Below, one piece after another: positions 16,770 through 29,402 of a DNA stretch of 64,000 nucleotides. Source of the DNA: a virus. Within the stretch, counting starts at the first letter, position 1, and each line of letters opens with the position of its first letter. The DNA lies in IMG/VR virus record IMGVR_UViG_3300047481_001036; one strand, written 5' to 3'. Position numbers and translations under genes: made by a program. The notes under the pieces are model-generated. The model saw nothing but the letters and a program-made list of their open reading frames with translations, had not been told where the DNA came from and made no database searches.

Positions 16770-17057
16770 ATGACAAAAAAGAAAACCAACCAGAAGAAGA
16801 GCAAAAAGACATTACCAAAAAGATCGGGTCAAGATTGTCCTGATGGAGTTTGTCCTATCAAAAAACCTAAAGCTAAGATAAAGTCTAAAGGTAAAAAGAC
16901 AACATCCAAATCAAAAGATATTAATGTTGTAGTTCCTATTCCGGCCCCGATTCCTATTGCTATTCCTGTAACTATTCCTATTCCATCCGGCAACGGAATT
17001 TTAGGCAAAATTAAAAATGTATTTTCTAGGTTTAGTCGTTATGGAAGAGATTCTTAG
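16770..17057 (+). CDS. Lys-rich low-complexity protein
   Basis: K-rich tracts, CPDGVCP, (IP)n repeat. Confidence 0.55.
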   Translation: MTKKKTNQKKSKKTLPKRSGQDCPDGVCPIKKPKAKIKSKGKKTTSKSKDINVVVPIPAPIPIAIPVTIPIPSGNGILGKIKNVFSRFSRYGRDS

Positions 17058-17493
17058 GTTTCTAATATCTATGGTTGCTAGTATCATGGTTGTAGAAACC
17101 ATAGTATATTTTATGGCCAAATGGTTTATGTATTATGTTTCATCTCCAACTGATAGCTCAGACCATAAATAAAAAACCACTAGTTCCTACTCTTATTCAT
17201 GATCCAACAACCAGAATAATAGTAATACTATCCCTACTAGTAGTATCAGTCACCATCTTGTATAGAGTATGGAAATATTTTAATGAGATATAATGATCTA
17301 GGACAATATGGCCACATTATTATTCCACTCTGCATCATAATTTATCTAGGATTATATTCATATTTAAGCAGAGAGTACGGGGCCATAGATGAGTGAGTCA
17401 GAAATAAAAGCCTGGATAATTTTAGGATTCGTTTACCTAGTATGTATAATAGGCACAATATTTATTGTAAGGGCAGAAAATGAAAAAGACTGA
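17041..17493 (+). CDS. Four overlapping single-TM micro-ORFs (17041-17172, 17135-17293, 17283-17396, 17389-17493)
   Basis: Each 34-52 aa with one hydrophobic helix and overlapping its neighbour; below the ORF-track cutoff. Confidence 0.45.
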
Positions 17494-18920
17494 ATTTCAT
17501 ATTTGTTTTATTAAAAATCTAGCTTTTATAATGCTAGTGACAGTAGTTTCTATGGTTTCTATGCGATTTTTTCTTACAAATCTATTTTTTGTTTCCTCAA
17601 ATACCCCCGTTTATACCTCTCATCAATCTTAGCCTAACGCCGAATCAGGGAAATAATAGCTAATAGTTTCTATTTTCTATTAAAAGTATTCAATTTTTAC
17701 TTATTGATTATGCCCGTGGTGAAAAACGCATTAAAGATGGCTATTAGGAATGGCCGATAATCCAGTTTGACAACCATCAGTTTCTATGGTATGCTGGATA
17801 CTACTGGTAATGGTAGTTTTACTAATAGGTATAGGAAAAAATGTATAAAAATGTATTATTGACCGATAAAGAAATTGCTCTACTCAAGCGTGTTGTAGGC
17901 GATTATTTGCATGAAAAACTTACTCCAGAACGTAATAATTTGACCATTATTCTTAACCGTTTGCGTGGTATTAAACCCACTAAAAGTTATAATCAAAGTA
18001 TAGATTAGGGAAATGAACCCACAAATGAATACCAAATCAGATTCTAATAGTTTCCAGCAATATGCTATCAAAGTGGCCGATTATATAGAGATGGAATATG
18101 GGGGTTTTGATAGTGATACTGTTATGACCGATGATGAAAAATATACTGTGCGAAATATTCTAACAGCATATCACGAAACTAATGATAGTATAAATAATGC
18201 GGCTAATAGTGTTATGACTTATCTAAGGAAGAATAAAGTTTGGAAGGAGAATAACTAATGGGGAAATTGGTCAAATCTGAAACAACATCTTTGCCTATCA
18301 GTGATGGTCTGGTAATGTATTTGTATGATGCTGGTGATAGTTGTGGAAATTATTCAAGAGTAGATTTTGTTAACTATTCTAACTATAATGATTTTCTCAT
18401 GATAATGGATAGGTCTAAATTGAAAGAAGTGGCCGAATTTATTTTGAAATATTTGGATAACGAATGAAATATACTGATCCACCTTATCTTTGTGATTATC
18501 TTAATTTCTTTATTGAGAAAAGAACAAAGCCAATCATTAATCAAAAGAGTAAAGAATACGTTGTTGCTTTTCATCCTAGAAATGGATTTTTTGAGGAACC
18601 TCCATTGTCTAGGGAAGATTTGAAAGGGTTGGCCGATTTTATCTATAAGTATTTGGAGAATAACTAATGCAAGTTTATATTGTTATAGGCACTAAAGAAA
18701 ATGTTTATCAAGAGACTGTAGGTGGGGAATTTTTGCCTCATCCAGACAAGCAAATTATACGAGTATTTTCTAGCGGAGAACACGCTAGGCAGTTTGTGGC
18801 TACCTCAAAATTAGCCAAACCAACAAGAAAAGGTTACGGAGATACATCATACTATCGCGGTGGATATTATGATATGGAAATTGAAAGTCATATTATAGAC
18901 CAAAATTTGGAGAATAACTA

Positions 18921-19070
18921 ATGGAAATTATTATTGACGAGAATATAAAAAGCGAAATTCAAGAGTTTCTTGTTAAGTGGAAAAATACTACCGAAAAAGA
19001 TATTGATCTATGGGATTTCTAATGGGGCGCTCTTGAACTTTTGGAACAGACTATCAAGGAGAATAAATAA
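18921..19070 (+). pseudogene. Small ORF with an internal TAA (19020-19022)
   Basis: Frame continues past the stop to ...KENK*, coupled to the next ATG like its neighbours. Confidence 0.4.
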
Positions 19071-19699
19071 TGAAAATTGACCTTAAAAAAGATGATATTT
19101 TTCTCTTGATTGACTCTTTGTATAGTTACCAATTAGATATTGAACATGGAAATGATAATGGGTTTGAATACTCTTGGACTGAAGATCAAGTAATGAATTT
19201 AGTAGATAGATTAACTACATTTGTAGAGACTAAATCATGAGCAATTATTATTGTATAGATTGTGACGGCGATAATATTGGATGGGATGCTTGGGTAGATG
19301 AAAACGGCGAATTATTGGCTGGCCCATTTGATACTTGTCAATGTATGGATTGTGGCTCTGATAGCATAGAACAAAAGGGAGAATAATTAATGAAAAAGAA
19401 AAAAGTTACTAAAAAGCAAAAACCAATTGGGCGTAAACAAAAGATTGATGTTGTAATAGAATCATTGGTTCATCTTGAGCAAAGAGTAAAAGAACTAATA
19501 GATAGAGTAGAAAGTTTACATACGCAAGTATATTATCACCCAGAAAAAGCTGTGCCAAAAAAAATATTGGCCTAATGATTTTTACCGTTATCATGGACTT
19601 ACTAACAAAATGACCTTTTGCTAAAGAACAGTCTTGACAAACCCCGATACTGTGATATAGTGTTGGCGTGGACTTCAACCATTCTGGAGACTAAATAAA

Positions 19700-20167
19700 A
19701 TGGGTATGGGTAGTTTTGCGGTTAACAGTTTTGTTATTGGATATGATGATCTTAAAAAGATTGTTCCAGACGAAATATCGGCCATTGAGAATGAAAAATT
19801 CTTTAAAGAGATTGGGTGGGCAACTATTAGTCAGTGGTTGAGTTGGGATGACTTATCTGTTGTTGAGGATGCTATATTAGATTATTGTTTTGATGAAGAA
19901 AAAGACGATGACCATAACCAAAAGATAGCAGAAGAAGTCTCTCAAGTTTATGATAAGCATATCTCAGAGTTGAAGAATGTTTTTAATCAGAAAACCGGCC
20001 TAACTCTGTATTTCGACCATTATGATGAAGATAGTGGAGATAGGTATGATAATCCTAATGATAAGGACGGTTGCATATTCTGTGTGGATGGTATGGTGCA
20101 ACTAACTCCTGCGGGCGAAAAGTATAAGGACATTATAACTGAACGACGATGGACGCAGTACGGATAA
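19700..20167 (+). CDS. Hypothetical acidic phage protein
   Basis: 155-aa ORF, SD GGAG, promoter near 19634. Confidence 0.7.
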   Translation: MGMGSFAVNSFVIGYDDLKKIVPDEISAIENEKFFKEIGWATISQWLSWDDLSVVEDAILDYCFDEEKDDDHNQKIAEEVSQVYDKHISELKNVFNQKTGLTLYFDHYDEDSGDRYDNPNDKDGCIFCVDGMVQLTPAGEKYKDIITERRWTQYG

Positions 20168-20349
20168 AATATTGATTATAATGAGTCGCATGGGACTTTC
20201 CATGATGATAAGACGTATTCTTACCTACGGGAGACTAAACCAGACCGAATCGTGAAATAATAGTTCCAAATATCCTATTATTATAGCGGCCCTCTTTTAG
20301 TGGAATAAATTGTAGGGACGGGTGCAGTTGGTACATTATAGTCGATTTT
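20166..20349 (+). ncRNA. Candidate ~184-nt structured ncRNA
   Basis: Long closing stem TTGATTATAATG/CATTATAGTCGA with internal stems CATGG/CCATG, TAAGA/TCTTA, CCTAC/GTAGG, ACTAAA/TTTAGT, ATAATAG/CTATTAT. Confidence 0.55.
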
Positions 20350-21994
20350 ATAAGGAAACAGAATGAATATCTCAATTGAACAACTCAAAAACCTAATAAT
20401 GAAATATGATTACGATCATGGAGAATATCCAGAGAGTGATTATGAGGGGCTTAGTGTTTATGAATTTATATGTCATGAATTAGGCATTAAATCTGATTTT
20501 GAGTACGATCATTTTAATAAAAAATATGCTAAGTTGTTAAAAGAAACTTTTAAGGAAAATAATAATGAGTCCACAACTTAGACAAAATATTCAAAAATTT
20601 TTAGTCGATTGTGATAATCCTACTAATGAAATTAGCCGTGAGGCTTATCTTTATAATAGCCTACAAACAGCCTTAAATTTTTTGAGGATGGCTATTATTG
20701 ATTATTATAAGATTGAATCTGACGAAAATGATCTACAATCTGCTACTAAAACTTGGATAGAAGCAGTCCAAAAATATTATGAGAATGAGCCAAATCGTAA
20801 AAAACTGACCCAAATATTCATGAGAGGATATTTTTCGGGTTGGAGTGAAAGGGAAGTGGCTACCCTAGCGGACAAATTATTTAAGAACAATCAAGATTAT
20901 CCATTGAGATAAAAATGCAGAGCAGTAAATCTAATACTAATAAAAGTTCGTTTAGAAGCGATGCTCTAAATATTCATTTCTTTCATCAAGGAATGATGTA
21001 TAATGATAAATATGGTATAATGTTTGGTCCAACTAAAGGTCATGCTAATCCTCCTATTTCTAGAGCAGAACTTAAATCTTTAGCTGATTTTATATATCAG
21101 TATTTGGAAAATCACTAATGAATAACTTGTCTACTTATAATATTCTTTGTGTTAGTTTCTATTTTAGTATCTTATTGGGAACACTAATGAATTTTATGGA
21201 AAAACCAGAATATAGTTTTCCTCCTAATATGGGGTGGATAGTTATGCTGGGTCTATTGACTATCTTAAATAAGGATAATAAATGAATGAACTTTATGATT
21301 ATCTACAAACTCTAATAGGCACAAAAAATTGTCCTATTATTTCTATTCATCCTGTTTTTGGAACAACGGAAAACTATTTTGAATTAACTATGAAAAATGG
21401 CGAGAATATAAGGGTATCAGAAAGTAAAATTTGTATAACTAAAGACTGGAGATATGCTAGACCGATGGTTGGTCTTGACGAAATGGGCCTACCAATTTTT
21501 ATAAACAGTTGGGATGACAAAGTAAAAAGGAGTCTAAATAATGAGTAAAACATATAAACTTGCATATATGATTGTGCCACTTTTGGCTATGGGATGCCAA
21601 CCAGATGTTTCCCAACTTAAACAATATAAAGTTACTATCACGAATTCTAATGGTATGATTCATAAAGAAAAGACTATTTATAGTACTAGTGTTCCAACTG
21701 TACATTTTATTGGAGATACTTTAATGTATTTTGATTGGCATGACAATAATTGGAGACAAAATAGATTGCCGGTTGGATGGTTAGCAGAAATATAGCCTAT
21801 AGTTGAACAAGAATAACTTATGGAGAATAAATAGTGAGTCCTCATCCTTTAGATACTGTTACGGTGTTTATCAATGATGCAGAAAAATATGGTCTTGTGC
21901 CAGAGGTTATTTTGTCTGCTCTTTTATATATGAAAAATAATCCAGATCGTGAAATTGAAGATGCGATAAGTTATGGTTTTTATGAGTGGATAAA

Positions 21995-22312
21995 ATGAAG
22001 CTATACATAGCAGTATTGGATGAATTTCCAGATTACATGACTCCAACTTTAGTAGCCCATGCTGTATTGGGGGCTCATTTAAAGTTTCAAGACAATGTAG
22101 ACTATCAGAATTGGTTAATTAATTCTTTCAAAAAATGTGTTGTTCGTGTTAATAAAAAAGAATTTGAAAAAATATGCGAATTACCAGAAGTTTATCTGGC
22201 TCATGAAAATCATACATTAAATGCTCAAAAATCTTGTGCAATTCCTGTGCCATGCGAAAACGTACTTTTGCCAAATGTATTAAAATACGCTAAATTATGG
22301 AAGCCTATATGA
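21995..22312 (+). CDS. Peptidyl-tRNA hydrolase 2 (PTH2)-like protein
   Basis: KLYIAV...VAHA...W....FKKCVV layout of the PTH2 fold. Confidence 0.55.
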   Translation: MKLYIAVLDEFPDYMTPTLVAHAVLGAHLKFQDNVDYQNWLINSFKKCVVRVNKKEFEKICELPEVYLAHENHTLNAQKSCAIPVPCENVLLPNVLKYAKLWKPI

Positions 22313-22613
22313 CAAAAATATATAGTATTAGATTCAATGAATATTTTATGCAAAAACAATACGAGTCTTTAATAAAAAATGGTTATCATTGGAAACAAGC
22401 CGAAAAAATAATTATAAAACAATGGAGAGAACATGGTTATTGAAATAAGTCATCATTGGCAGTCAGATAAATATTTGTGGACTTTGTACGATGGGCCGGA
22501 TGGTATTGACAAAAGAGTAGGACAGTGCGATACTCTAGGAGAAGTTTTTGAAAAAGTGCTGGAAGCCAGATTGATTATAAAACAGTCTTATAAGTAAAAT
22601 TACTACTAATTTA

Positions 22614-23213
22614 GTGGAGCAAAAATTGAGTTCTATAATAACTATCGATCCCAAACAAATCACAAATTATCACAGAACTGATAATGAACTTCAAGCCTTT
22701 TGGCTGTTTTGTATTTTGGTTGCTGGAAAAAATTCAGATACTACAAGTAGAGTTATATCTAATATTATTAATGATCTTGAACCTTGGGATAGTCTATTCG
22801 ACGGCATACAACGAATAGGATATGAAGGTCTGAGAGATATTCTACATAAAAATAGAACTGGTCAATATGATCGTATTTCTAGGGCTATTTGGCAAAGTAT
22901 TAATTTAGATCTGAAAACTTGTAGTGTAGAAGATTTGGTAAAAATTCATGGAGTTGGGCCAAAAACTGCAAGATTTTTCTTATTGCATAGTAGAGAATTT
23001 TGTGATGAAATAGTATTGGATACTCATATTCTGAACTGGCTAAGAACCAGATGTAATATGATAGATGCACCACAGAATACTCCACAAAACCCTAAACAAT
23101 ATCAAGAGTGGGCTATTATTTGTAAACAGTTTATGGAACAATATTATCCGGGTCTTACTTTGTCTAAAATAGATCTATTAATCTGGACTGAAATGAGTGG
23201 TAGATTGGATTAA
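22614..23213 (+). CDS. HhH DNA glycosylase-like protein
   Basis: LVKIHGVGPKTARFFL (HhH) followed by VLDTHIL. Confidence 0.75.
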   Translation: MEQKLSSIITIDPKQITNYHRTDNELQAFWLFCILVAGKNSDTTSRVISNIINDLEPWDSLFDGIQRIGYEGLRDILHKNRTGQYDRISRAIWQSINLDLKTCSVEDLVKIHGVGPKTARFFLLHSREFCDEIVLDTHILNWLRTRCNMIDAPQNTPQNPKQYQEWAIICKQFMEQYYPGLTLSKIDLLIWTEMSGRLD

Positions 23214-23215
23214 AT

Positions 23216-23587
23216 ATGAATGGTATAAACATTCAAGGCCCGTGGTCTAGTCTTTTAATAAATGGTCAGAAAACCATCGAAACACGATCCTATCCACTAC
23301 CTAAAAAGTACAGAGATGTTACTTTGGCTCTCATAGAAACTCCCGGCGGTAAAAAATTTAAAAGTAGAATAATAGGAACTATTACTTTTAGTGACTCTTT
23401 TAAATATGACAATGAAACATCATGGGCATCTGACTATAATAGACATTATGTTAGACCAGATGATATTTACGGTTGGAACGATAAACCTAAGTATGGATGG
23501 ATTGTAAAACAAATTGTAAAATTTGATAAGCCGGTTGAGCCGCCCAAGAAAAGAGGAATTGTTTTTTCAAAAGATTGTATAGTATGA
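23216..23587 (+). CDS. ASCH domain protein
   Basis: IQGPWSSLLINGQKTIETR (GxKxxExR). Confidence 0.85.
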   Translation: MNGINIQGPWSSLLINGQKTIETRSYPLPKKYRDVTLALIETPGGKKFKSRIIGTITFSDSFKYDNETSWASDYNRHYVRPDDIYGWNDKPKYGWIVKQIVKFDKPVEPPKKRGIVFSKDCIV

Positions 23588-25192
23588 ATGATTTAGATAA
23601 AAAAGACTTGCTAGAACTAGCGAATATAATTAAAACTTCTGCCCATACTATTGGTGCAGTAAAGATCAAAGATGATAGGATTAGTAGCGATAGTTATATA
23701 ACTATTGTTGATGCTCTGAATGAAATTAAAGGCTGTGTGGATACTATTATTGAGATTGTAGAGAACAAACCTCATAAGATTGAAAGAATGTTTTAATGGA
23801 AGTAAATATAAAACAAGAACTAAAAAATCTAGATAGAACTAATTTATGTGATGTTAACGATCTGGTTCAAAAAATAATAGCTGATCTTATAGATATTCTT
23901 ATTACTACTGATAGTGAAGTAATGTTTGGAGCAGCCTCGGATTATATGATTGATCTAATTAATCCAGACCTTTTGGATTTTGATTCAAGAGAAGATTGAT
24001 AAACGCCGATACTATGGTATAAAGTGTCAGAGTTGACATTTTAGATAGTATCTGTGACGATAAGTGACATTTTTGGCACATTGGAGACATACAATGAATT
24101 TTTTTATTGAAAAACACGATATGAGTATTATTATTGATGCTCTAGAATTTATGCAAGAAACTATGAGGCAAAGAGAGTTATTTGGCCTTCCTAGTATCTG
24201 GCCCTATTCTAAGGAGGACATTGATATTTTGTCCCAAAGTTTTGATACTTCACTTGTGGAGAATACTAAATGAGTAAATTTATAAAATCTTTTGTTTTTG
24301 CTATTGTCTTGATTGGTTGTAGCACCTATAGTATTATTACTCCAAAAACTGCTTTTGCTATTAGTGATGAAGAAATCAATAAGATTTTGAAGGCTAAAGA
24401 AATTGTTAGAGGTATGGTGAACTATCCAGATACTTTGGTGTTTCATGAATTTTATACTAAAGTCAGAGGAGATATTGTTACTCTTAAATTCACTTGCAAA
24501 AATGGTTTCGGTGTTGCTGAAACTCATGTTATGGATATAAATACTCGTAAATGATACAATCTCATATATATACTGTAGATAATGGTCAAAATTATACTAT
24601 AGATTTTTTACGCACAAAAGACCAAATCAATTTTGAACATCACAAAAAAGTTCAGTTTTTATCTTATGACGATCTCTTAAAACTAAGAGATAATATTGAA
24701 AAAATAGTCATACATTTGACTTATGATAAACGATAGCATAAAGTTTAGAGTTGTACAAAATCCCATTAGTAAAAATATAACCCTTGAAATATATAGACCA
24801 TATGGTATTGATAATGACTGGATGAGAGTTGATTCATTTAATGAAATGACGGTGCAAGAATTAAAATATCTTACAGAATATTTGATCAAACTATTTAAAA
24901 CCAAATCAAGTAATTAATAATGTTAAAATCAATCATAGAATTTTTCTATACGCCTATATTTACTCAATCTTCTAATATATTTTATATAGGAAGAAAAAAA
25001 ATTCCTATCGCTGTCAGAAAAACCCAGCAAGGCTATACAATTAAATTAGGGTCAGGATTTGCTAGTTATACGTTAGATACAACATCTCAAGAACTATCTG
25101 CTCTTGCAAACTTTATTAATAGTAATTTGAAATAGTTCTCTATTGACAACAAGTGATAGTGTGGTATAGTCCAGATATACAGAGCGAAAACA

Positions 25193-25642
25193 ATGAAACA
25201 AACTATATCTTATTCTTGGTCAAAATTTGATAATGATATTATTTTTCTTTATCAGAAAATTCTATCACAACATTGGATACCGGATTATATAGTGGGTGTT
25301 AAACGAGGAGGTCTTGTTCCTGCTATTAAGCTTAGTCACCTATTATCAAAACCAATGATTATGATGAGTTATCAACTCAGAGACAGTATTGATAACTCTA
25401 TTAGACTATTAGAAGCACAAACTTTGCCTAAAGATAAAAATGTACTAATAGTAGATGATATATGTGATAGCGGTGAAACTATTACAGATATAATTCAAAA
25501 ATTCATAGAAGAAGGATTTAATTCGGTAAAAACTTGTGCATTATATTTTAATGATAAACAATCATTTAATATAGATTTTTTTGCAAATATAATTGATAGA
25601 AATACAAATGCTCAATGGATTATTTTTCCGTGGGAACAGTAA
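25193..25642 (+). CDS. Purine phosphoribosyltransferase (Gpt/Hpt-like)
   Basis: IVGVKRGGLVPA, VLIVDDICDSGET, WIIFPWE. Confidence 0.88.
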   Translation: MKQTISYSWSKFDNDIIFLYQKILSQHWIPDYIVGVKRGGLVPAIKLSHLLSKPMIMMSYQLRDSIDNSIRLLEAQTLPKDKNVLIVDDICDSGETITDIIQKFIEEGFNSVKTCALYFNDKQSFNIDFFANIIDRNTNAQWIIFPWEQ

Positions 25643-26143
25643 TTTGTACATTTAATGTTTGAAAACCTTGATAGAGGAGTAATTATGAATAATGTCTCAT
25701 TGGACTATAAATCCGCTGCTATGGAGTGTGCTAGATATATATTTGATAGCGATTGTGAACAAGTATCATATCAAGAATATATTCAAGATGGTAATGACCC
25801 CAGAGAGCATATCCTCTATTGTGCCGCTATAGTTTTGGGTGAAACAGAAGATTTTCAAATTGATATTAAAGAATACCTTAAAGGAGAATAATGATGAATT
25901 CTATTCAAGAATTGCGTAAAGCAGGGTATAAGGTTAGGGTATTGCATTTTCGGGACAGAATAATTAAAAATAGGATGGATACCAGTGTCAATGGATACGA
26001 GTCGCCTAAAGGTGGATTTACTAAAATAGTAATAGACAGTCCAGATGGTAAGCACTATGAAGGAGAAGCATGGTGTAGTCCTAAAGATAATTATAGTAAA
26101 AAGCTGGGTGTAAGGATCGCACTAGGAAGATGTGGAGTATGTA

Positions 26144-26563
26144 ATGAATCAGTTACTACAAAATAAATTGTATGAAAAATACCCTAAACTTTTTGAAAAT
26201 AGATATAAAACCATGCAAGAAAGTTGTATGTATTGGGGAGTGTCTACGGGTGATGGCTGGTTTCATATTATAGATGTATTATGTAATGGTATTCTTAATC
26301 ATGAAACATATATTATGAATCCTAAATGGCCTAGATATAATCCAAATTATATTCCGGTAACATTTGATCAAATTAAAGAAAAGTTTGGAGGACTAAGCGT
26401 TTATTACTCTGGTGGCGACGAATATGTAAAAGGTCTTGTTGCTATAGCACAACATATTAGTTATTATACTTGTGAAGTTTGTGGAGATAAAGGTTCAACC
26501 AATAAAACAGGCTGGATTTCAACTCTATGTGATAAGCATAGACAAGATAGGGTAAGCAAATGA
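26144..26563 (+). CDS. Conserved phage protein (QIKEKFGGL family)
   Basis: GDGW..QIKEKFGGL..TCEVCG..GW..TLC. Confidence 0.7.
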   Translation: MNQLLQNKLYEKYPKLFENRYKTMQESCMYWGVSTGDGWFHIIDVLCNGILNHETYIMNPKWPRYNPNYIPVTFDQIKEKFGGLSVYYSGGDEYVKGLVAIAQHISYYTCEVCGDKGSTNKTGWISTLCDKHRQDRVSK

Positions 26564-27321
26564 TTTTTCGCTCTAGATACAATTACTGGTGCTGCTCTAA
26601 AATAGCAGATTTTATTAGGGGTACTCCGAAACCATTTGCTTTAGAATGGGGAGAATGGGAAAATTGGCACAAAGAGGCTAAGTCCAAACATCCTTATAGA
26701 TATTGGCTAGCAGAAACAGGATTAAAGAATCTACAGAACATAGTCATGTTCCCCAGCGACCTGTATCATAGTATTGAAACCTATATTCATAATAGGTGGA
26801 TAAGCAAAACACATTTTCTGAATACTGGACTAGAGCCCGGTCATTATTATGAGTTTGATTATAGAGTCCTACATGGTTTATTTAATGAATTAGTGGATTA
26901 TGTGGAAATGGAATTGGCTCATGTTAGTAAATATAGTAAAGAAAAGAAATATAAATTCAAAAATGGTCGATGTGTAGAAGCCGCGATGGATTATTTTGAT
27001 TGGGCCTGTTCTTTGGTATATAATGAAGAATATGGAATATCTAAAGACGATGACCATTATGGACAAATTACTCCACAAGCATTGTCAGCCAGAAAAGTTA
27101 AAGAACTATATTTATGGTGGAAAGAAACAAGACCCAATAGAATCGAACCATATGATGCTGTAAATATGCAGAGATTTCAAGGTAATGAATTTTCTAGTAA
27201 AAAGTCTAAAGAAGAGATAAGAGCGATGCATAAAATGACTAAACTAGAAGAACAATATGATAAAGAAGATACTAACAAACTTATTGAACTAATTAAGATC
27301 AGAAAGGAAATTTGGACATGA
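26560..27321 (+). CDS. Conserved hypothetical large-phage protein
   Basis: 253-aa ORF; LHGLFNELVDYVE..ELYLWWK..LIKIR..WT. Confidence 0.7.
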   Translation: MIFRSRYNYWCCSKIADFIRGTPKPFALEWGEWENWHKEAKSKHPYRYWLAETGLKNLQNIVMFPSDLYHSIETYIHNRWISKTHFLNTGLEPGHYYEFDYRVLHGLFNELVDYVEMELAHVSKYSKEKKYKFKNGRCVEAAMDYFDWACSLVYNEEYGISKDDDHYGQITPQALSARKVKELYLWWKETRPNRIEPYDAVNMQRFQGNEFSSKKSKEEIRAMHKMTKLEEQYDKEDTNKLIELIKIRKEIWT

Positions 27322-27535
27322 AAGCTATTCTAGAATATAATTTACCTGATGATCAACACGAATATGAAGTGGCTATTCAGGCCCAAAAAATGCAATCTTT
27401 TATTTGGGATTTTAGTCAGCAACTTCGTTCATGGTATAAATATCATCATGAATTTAAAGATGCCGACGATGCATTAGATAAAATACGAGAAGAATTTTAT
27501 AAACTTATTAATGAACACCAAATAAATATTGATCT

Positions 27536-28027
27536 ATGACTAATAATAAACAATATTCTAGTTCACCAGAACGAGGTTCTTTTTACCGTGGAATATGGAA
27601 AAAGCAATTAGTAGAGGGTAAGACCACACAAGAATTATATGATCAAATGATGAATATTCTTGATAAAGAAAAGGAAAGAGAAGGCGAAGAAGATAAGAGT
27701 TTTAATCTAGAATATGATTTGCGTTCTAATCCAGAAATTTTAAATAAAGCCAGAAATAGTGACACTTATAGTCAGAATTTATACGCAGCCCTTTGTAATA
27801 ATAGATTTTTTTATGGAGATAAGGAATGGACTTGTTCGTGGAGACACGCTGGCGGTATAATTGCTGATATGTTACAAAAAGGAGATTATATAGACTGGTA
27901 CTGTTCTGGTATTGGTTCAGATTCAGAAAATAGTCTTGGATATGTCGGAGAGAGTTTTGTAACAGAAGAAATCAGACTTGATTTACTTAAAATGGGATGG
28001 ATTGTAAAACCATATGAGAACATATAA
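27536..28027 (+). CDS. Conserved hypothetical phage protein
   Basis: YSQNLYAALCNN..SWR.AGG..DWYCSG. Confidence 0.7.
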   Translation: MTNNKQYSSSPERGSFYRGIWKKQLVEGKTTQELYDQMMNILDKEKEREGEEDKSFNLEYDLRSNPEILNKARNSDTYSQNLYAALCNNRFFYGDKEWTCSWRHAGGIIADMLQKGDYIDWYCSGIGSDSENSLGYVGESFVTEEIRLDLLKMGWIVKPYENI

Positions 28028-28796
28028 AACTGTCAAAAGAAAAGTTGAAGATAAAATTTATTGTGATGTCTGCGTAGAAAATTGTACCACCGAACAATTA
28101 GGCTCAGAATATGCAACTCTTGAGGCTATTTGGGGATATTCGTCCGGTAAAGACGGCAAGAAGTATGATATTCATTTGTGTGAGAATTGTTTCGATGAAA
28201 CTATAGAATGGATGACAAAAAAGAGAAAAAGATTTTTGGGCTGTTTTAATTATCCTCATGCCAAAGACCCGTTAAAGGGCGAAGGTTATGATATACTATG
28301 AATAGAAAACAAAAAAGAACCAAAGAAAAAGGAGCCAAAGGAGTAAAAGGTTATCTTTTATATGACCCATTTAAAAAAAATCATTTTTTTAGAGTTCATA
28401 ACAAGAAAGATCCAGCTAAATTTAAAGATTATAAAATAACAGCAGAAGATATAGAAATCAAACTGCTATCTAATTTTAATTGTTTGGTAGAATTAGAAAA
28501 TGGAGACAAGATTTTAGATTATAGTTCAGAGGTTTTGGGCTATAAATGAGTGAATACTTTAAAAAAACAATAGAAGTATGTCAAGAACTTATTATAGATA
28601 TTCATTACAATCCTAATATATCTAAAAAACCATACTTATGTAGAGTTTTTGGTTATGATGGCTTAGTAGACGCTCGTTTAGACTCTAAAGAATTGTTAAG
28701 ATTAAGTGAGAGTTTAGCCGATTGTTTATTTGACAAACCAGACGTTAAAGACTATAATGACTGTTTTACTGAGAAAGACGAGAATTAGGTAACGCA

Positions 28797-29402
28797 ATGA
28801 GTATAACACTTATAGGTGATGTTCATGGTAAGTATGAACGCTACCATAGAATCATTAGAGAAAAAGACAGACATCCATTTACTGTACAATTAGGTGACTT
28901 TGGTTTCAATTATGAAACATTAAAAAACGTCGATCCTAAACATCATGTATTTATAGGAGGTAATCACGACAACTATGATAAGGTTACGGATGTTCCTAAC
29001 TATCTTGGTGACTATGGATATATGGTGAACTTTAATAGCATAGATTTTTTCTATTATCGTGGAGCATGGAGTATCGATCAGATATACCGTACTATAGGAA
29101 TAGACTGGTGGGAACAAGAGCAGGTAAAAATTGAAAGCTTTATGAAGGCTAGAGAACTTTATCGTCAAGTTAAACCAGATATTGTATTAACTCATGATTG
29201 TCCAGAAAGTGTTGCCCATTATCTTATACCTCCAAATGGTAGGATATTTCAGCAAAATACTGGTTGGGCATTACAGGAACTATTCAATATACATCAGCCT
29301 AAATATTGGTATTTTGGACATTGGCATAAAAGTTGGTCTATGACTATTAATGGAACACAGTTTAAATGTCTAAATGAACTAGAGATTGACACCATAGGAT
29401 AG
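28797..29402 (+). CDS. Calcineurin-like metallophosphoesterase
   Basis: GDVHG, GDFG, GNHD, THDCP, GHWH. Confidence 0.9.
   Translation: MSITLIGDVHGKYERYHRIIREKDRHPFTVQLGDFGFNYETLKNVDPKHHVFIGGNHDNYDKVTDVPNYLGDYGYMVNFNSIDFFYYRGAWSIDQIYRTIGIDWWEQEQVKIESFMKARELYRQVKPDIVLTHDCPESVAHYLIPPNGRIFQQNTGWALQELFNIHQPKYWYFGHWHKSWSMTINGTQFKCLNELEIDTIG

Noticed and set aside
18921-19070. Second recoding site at the internal TAA
   Set aside because: No structure or matched codons; treated as a point nonsense mutation or sequencing error.
21541-21834. Possible readthrough past TAG and TAA to ...LMENK*
   Set aside because: Two different stops and no hairpin or matched-codon signal; simple 3' decay or chance is more likely.
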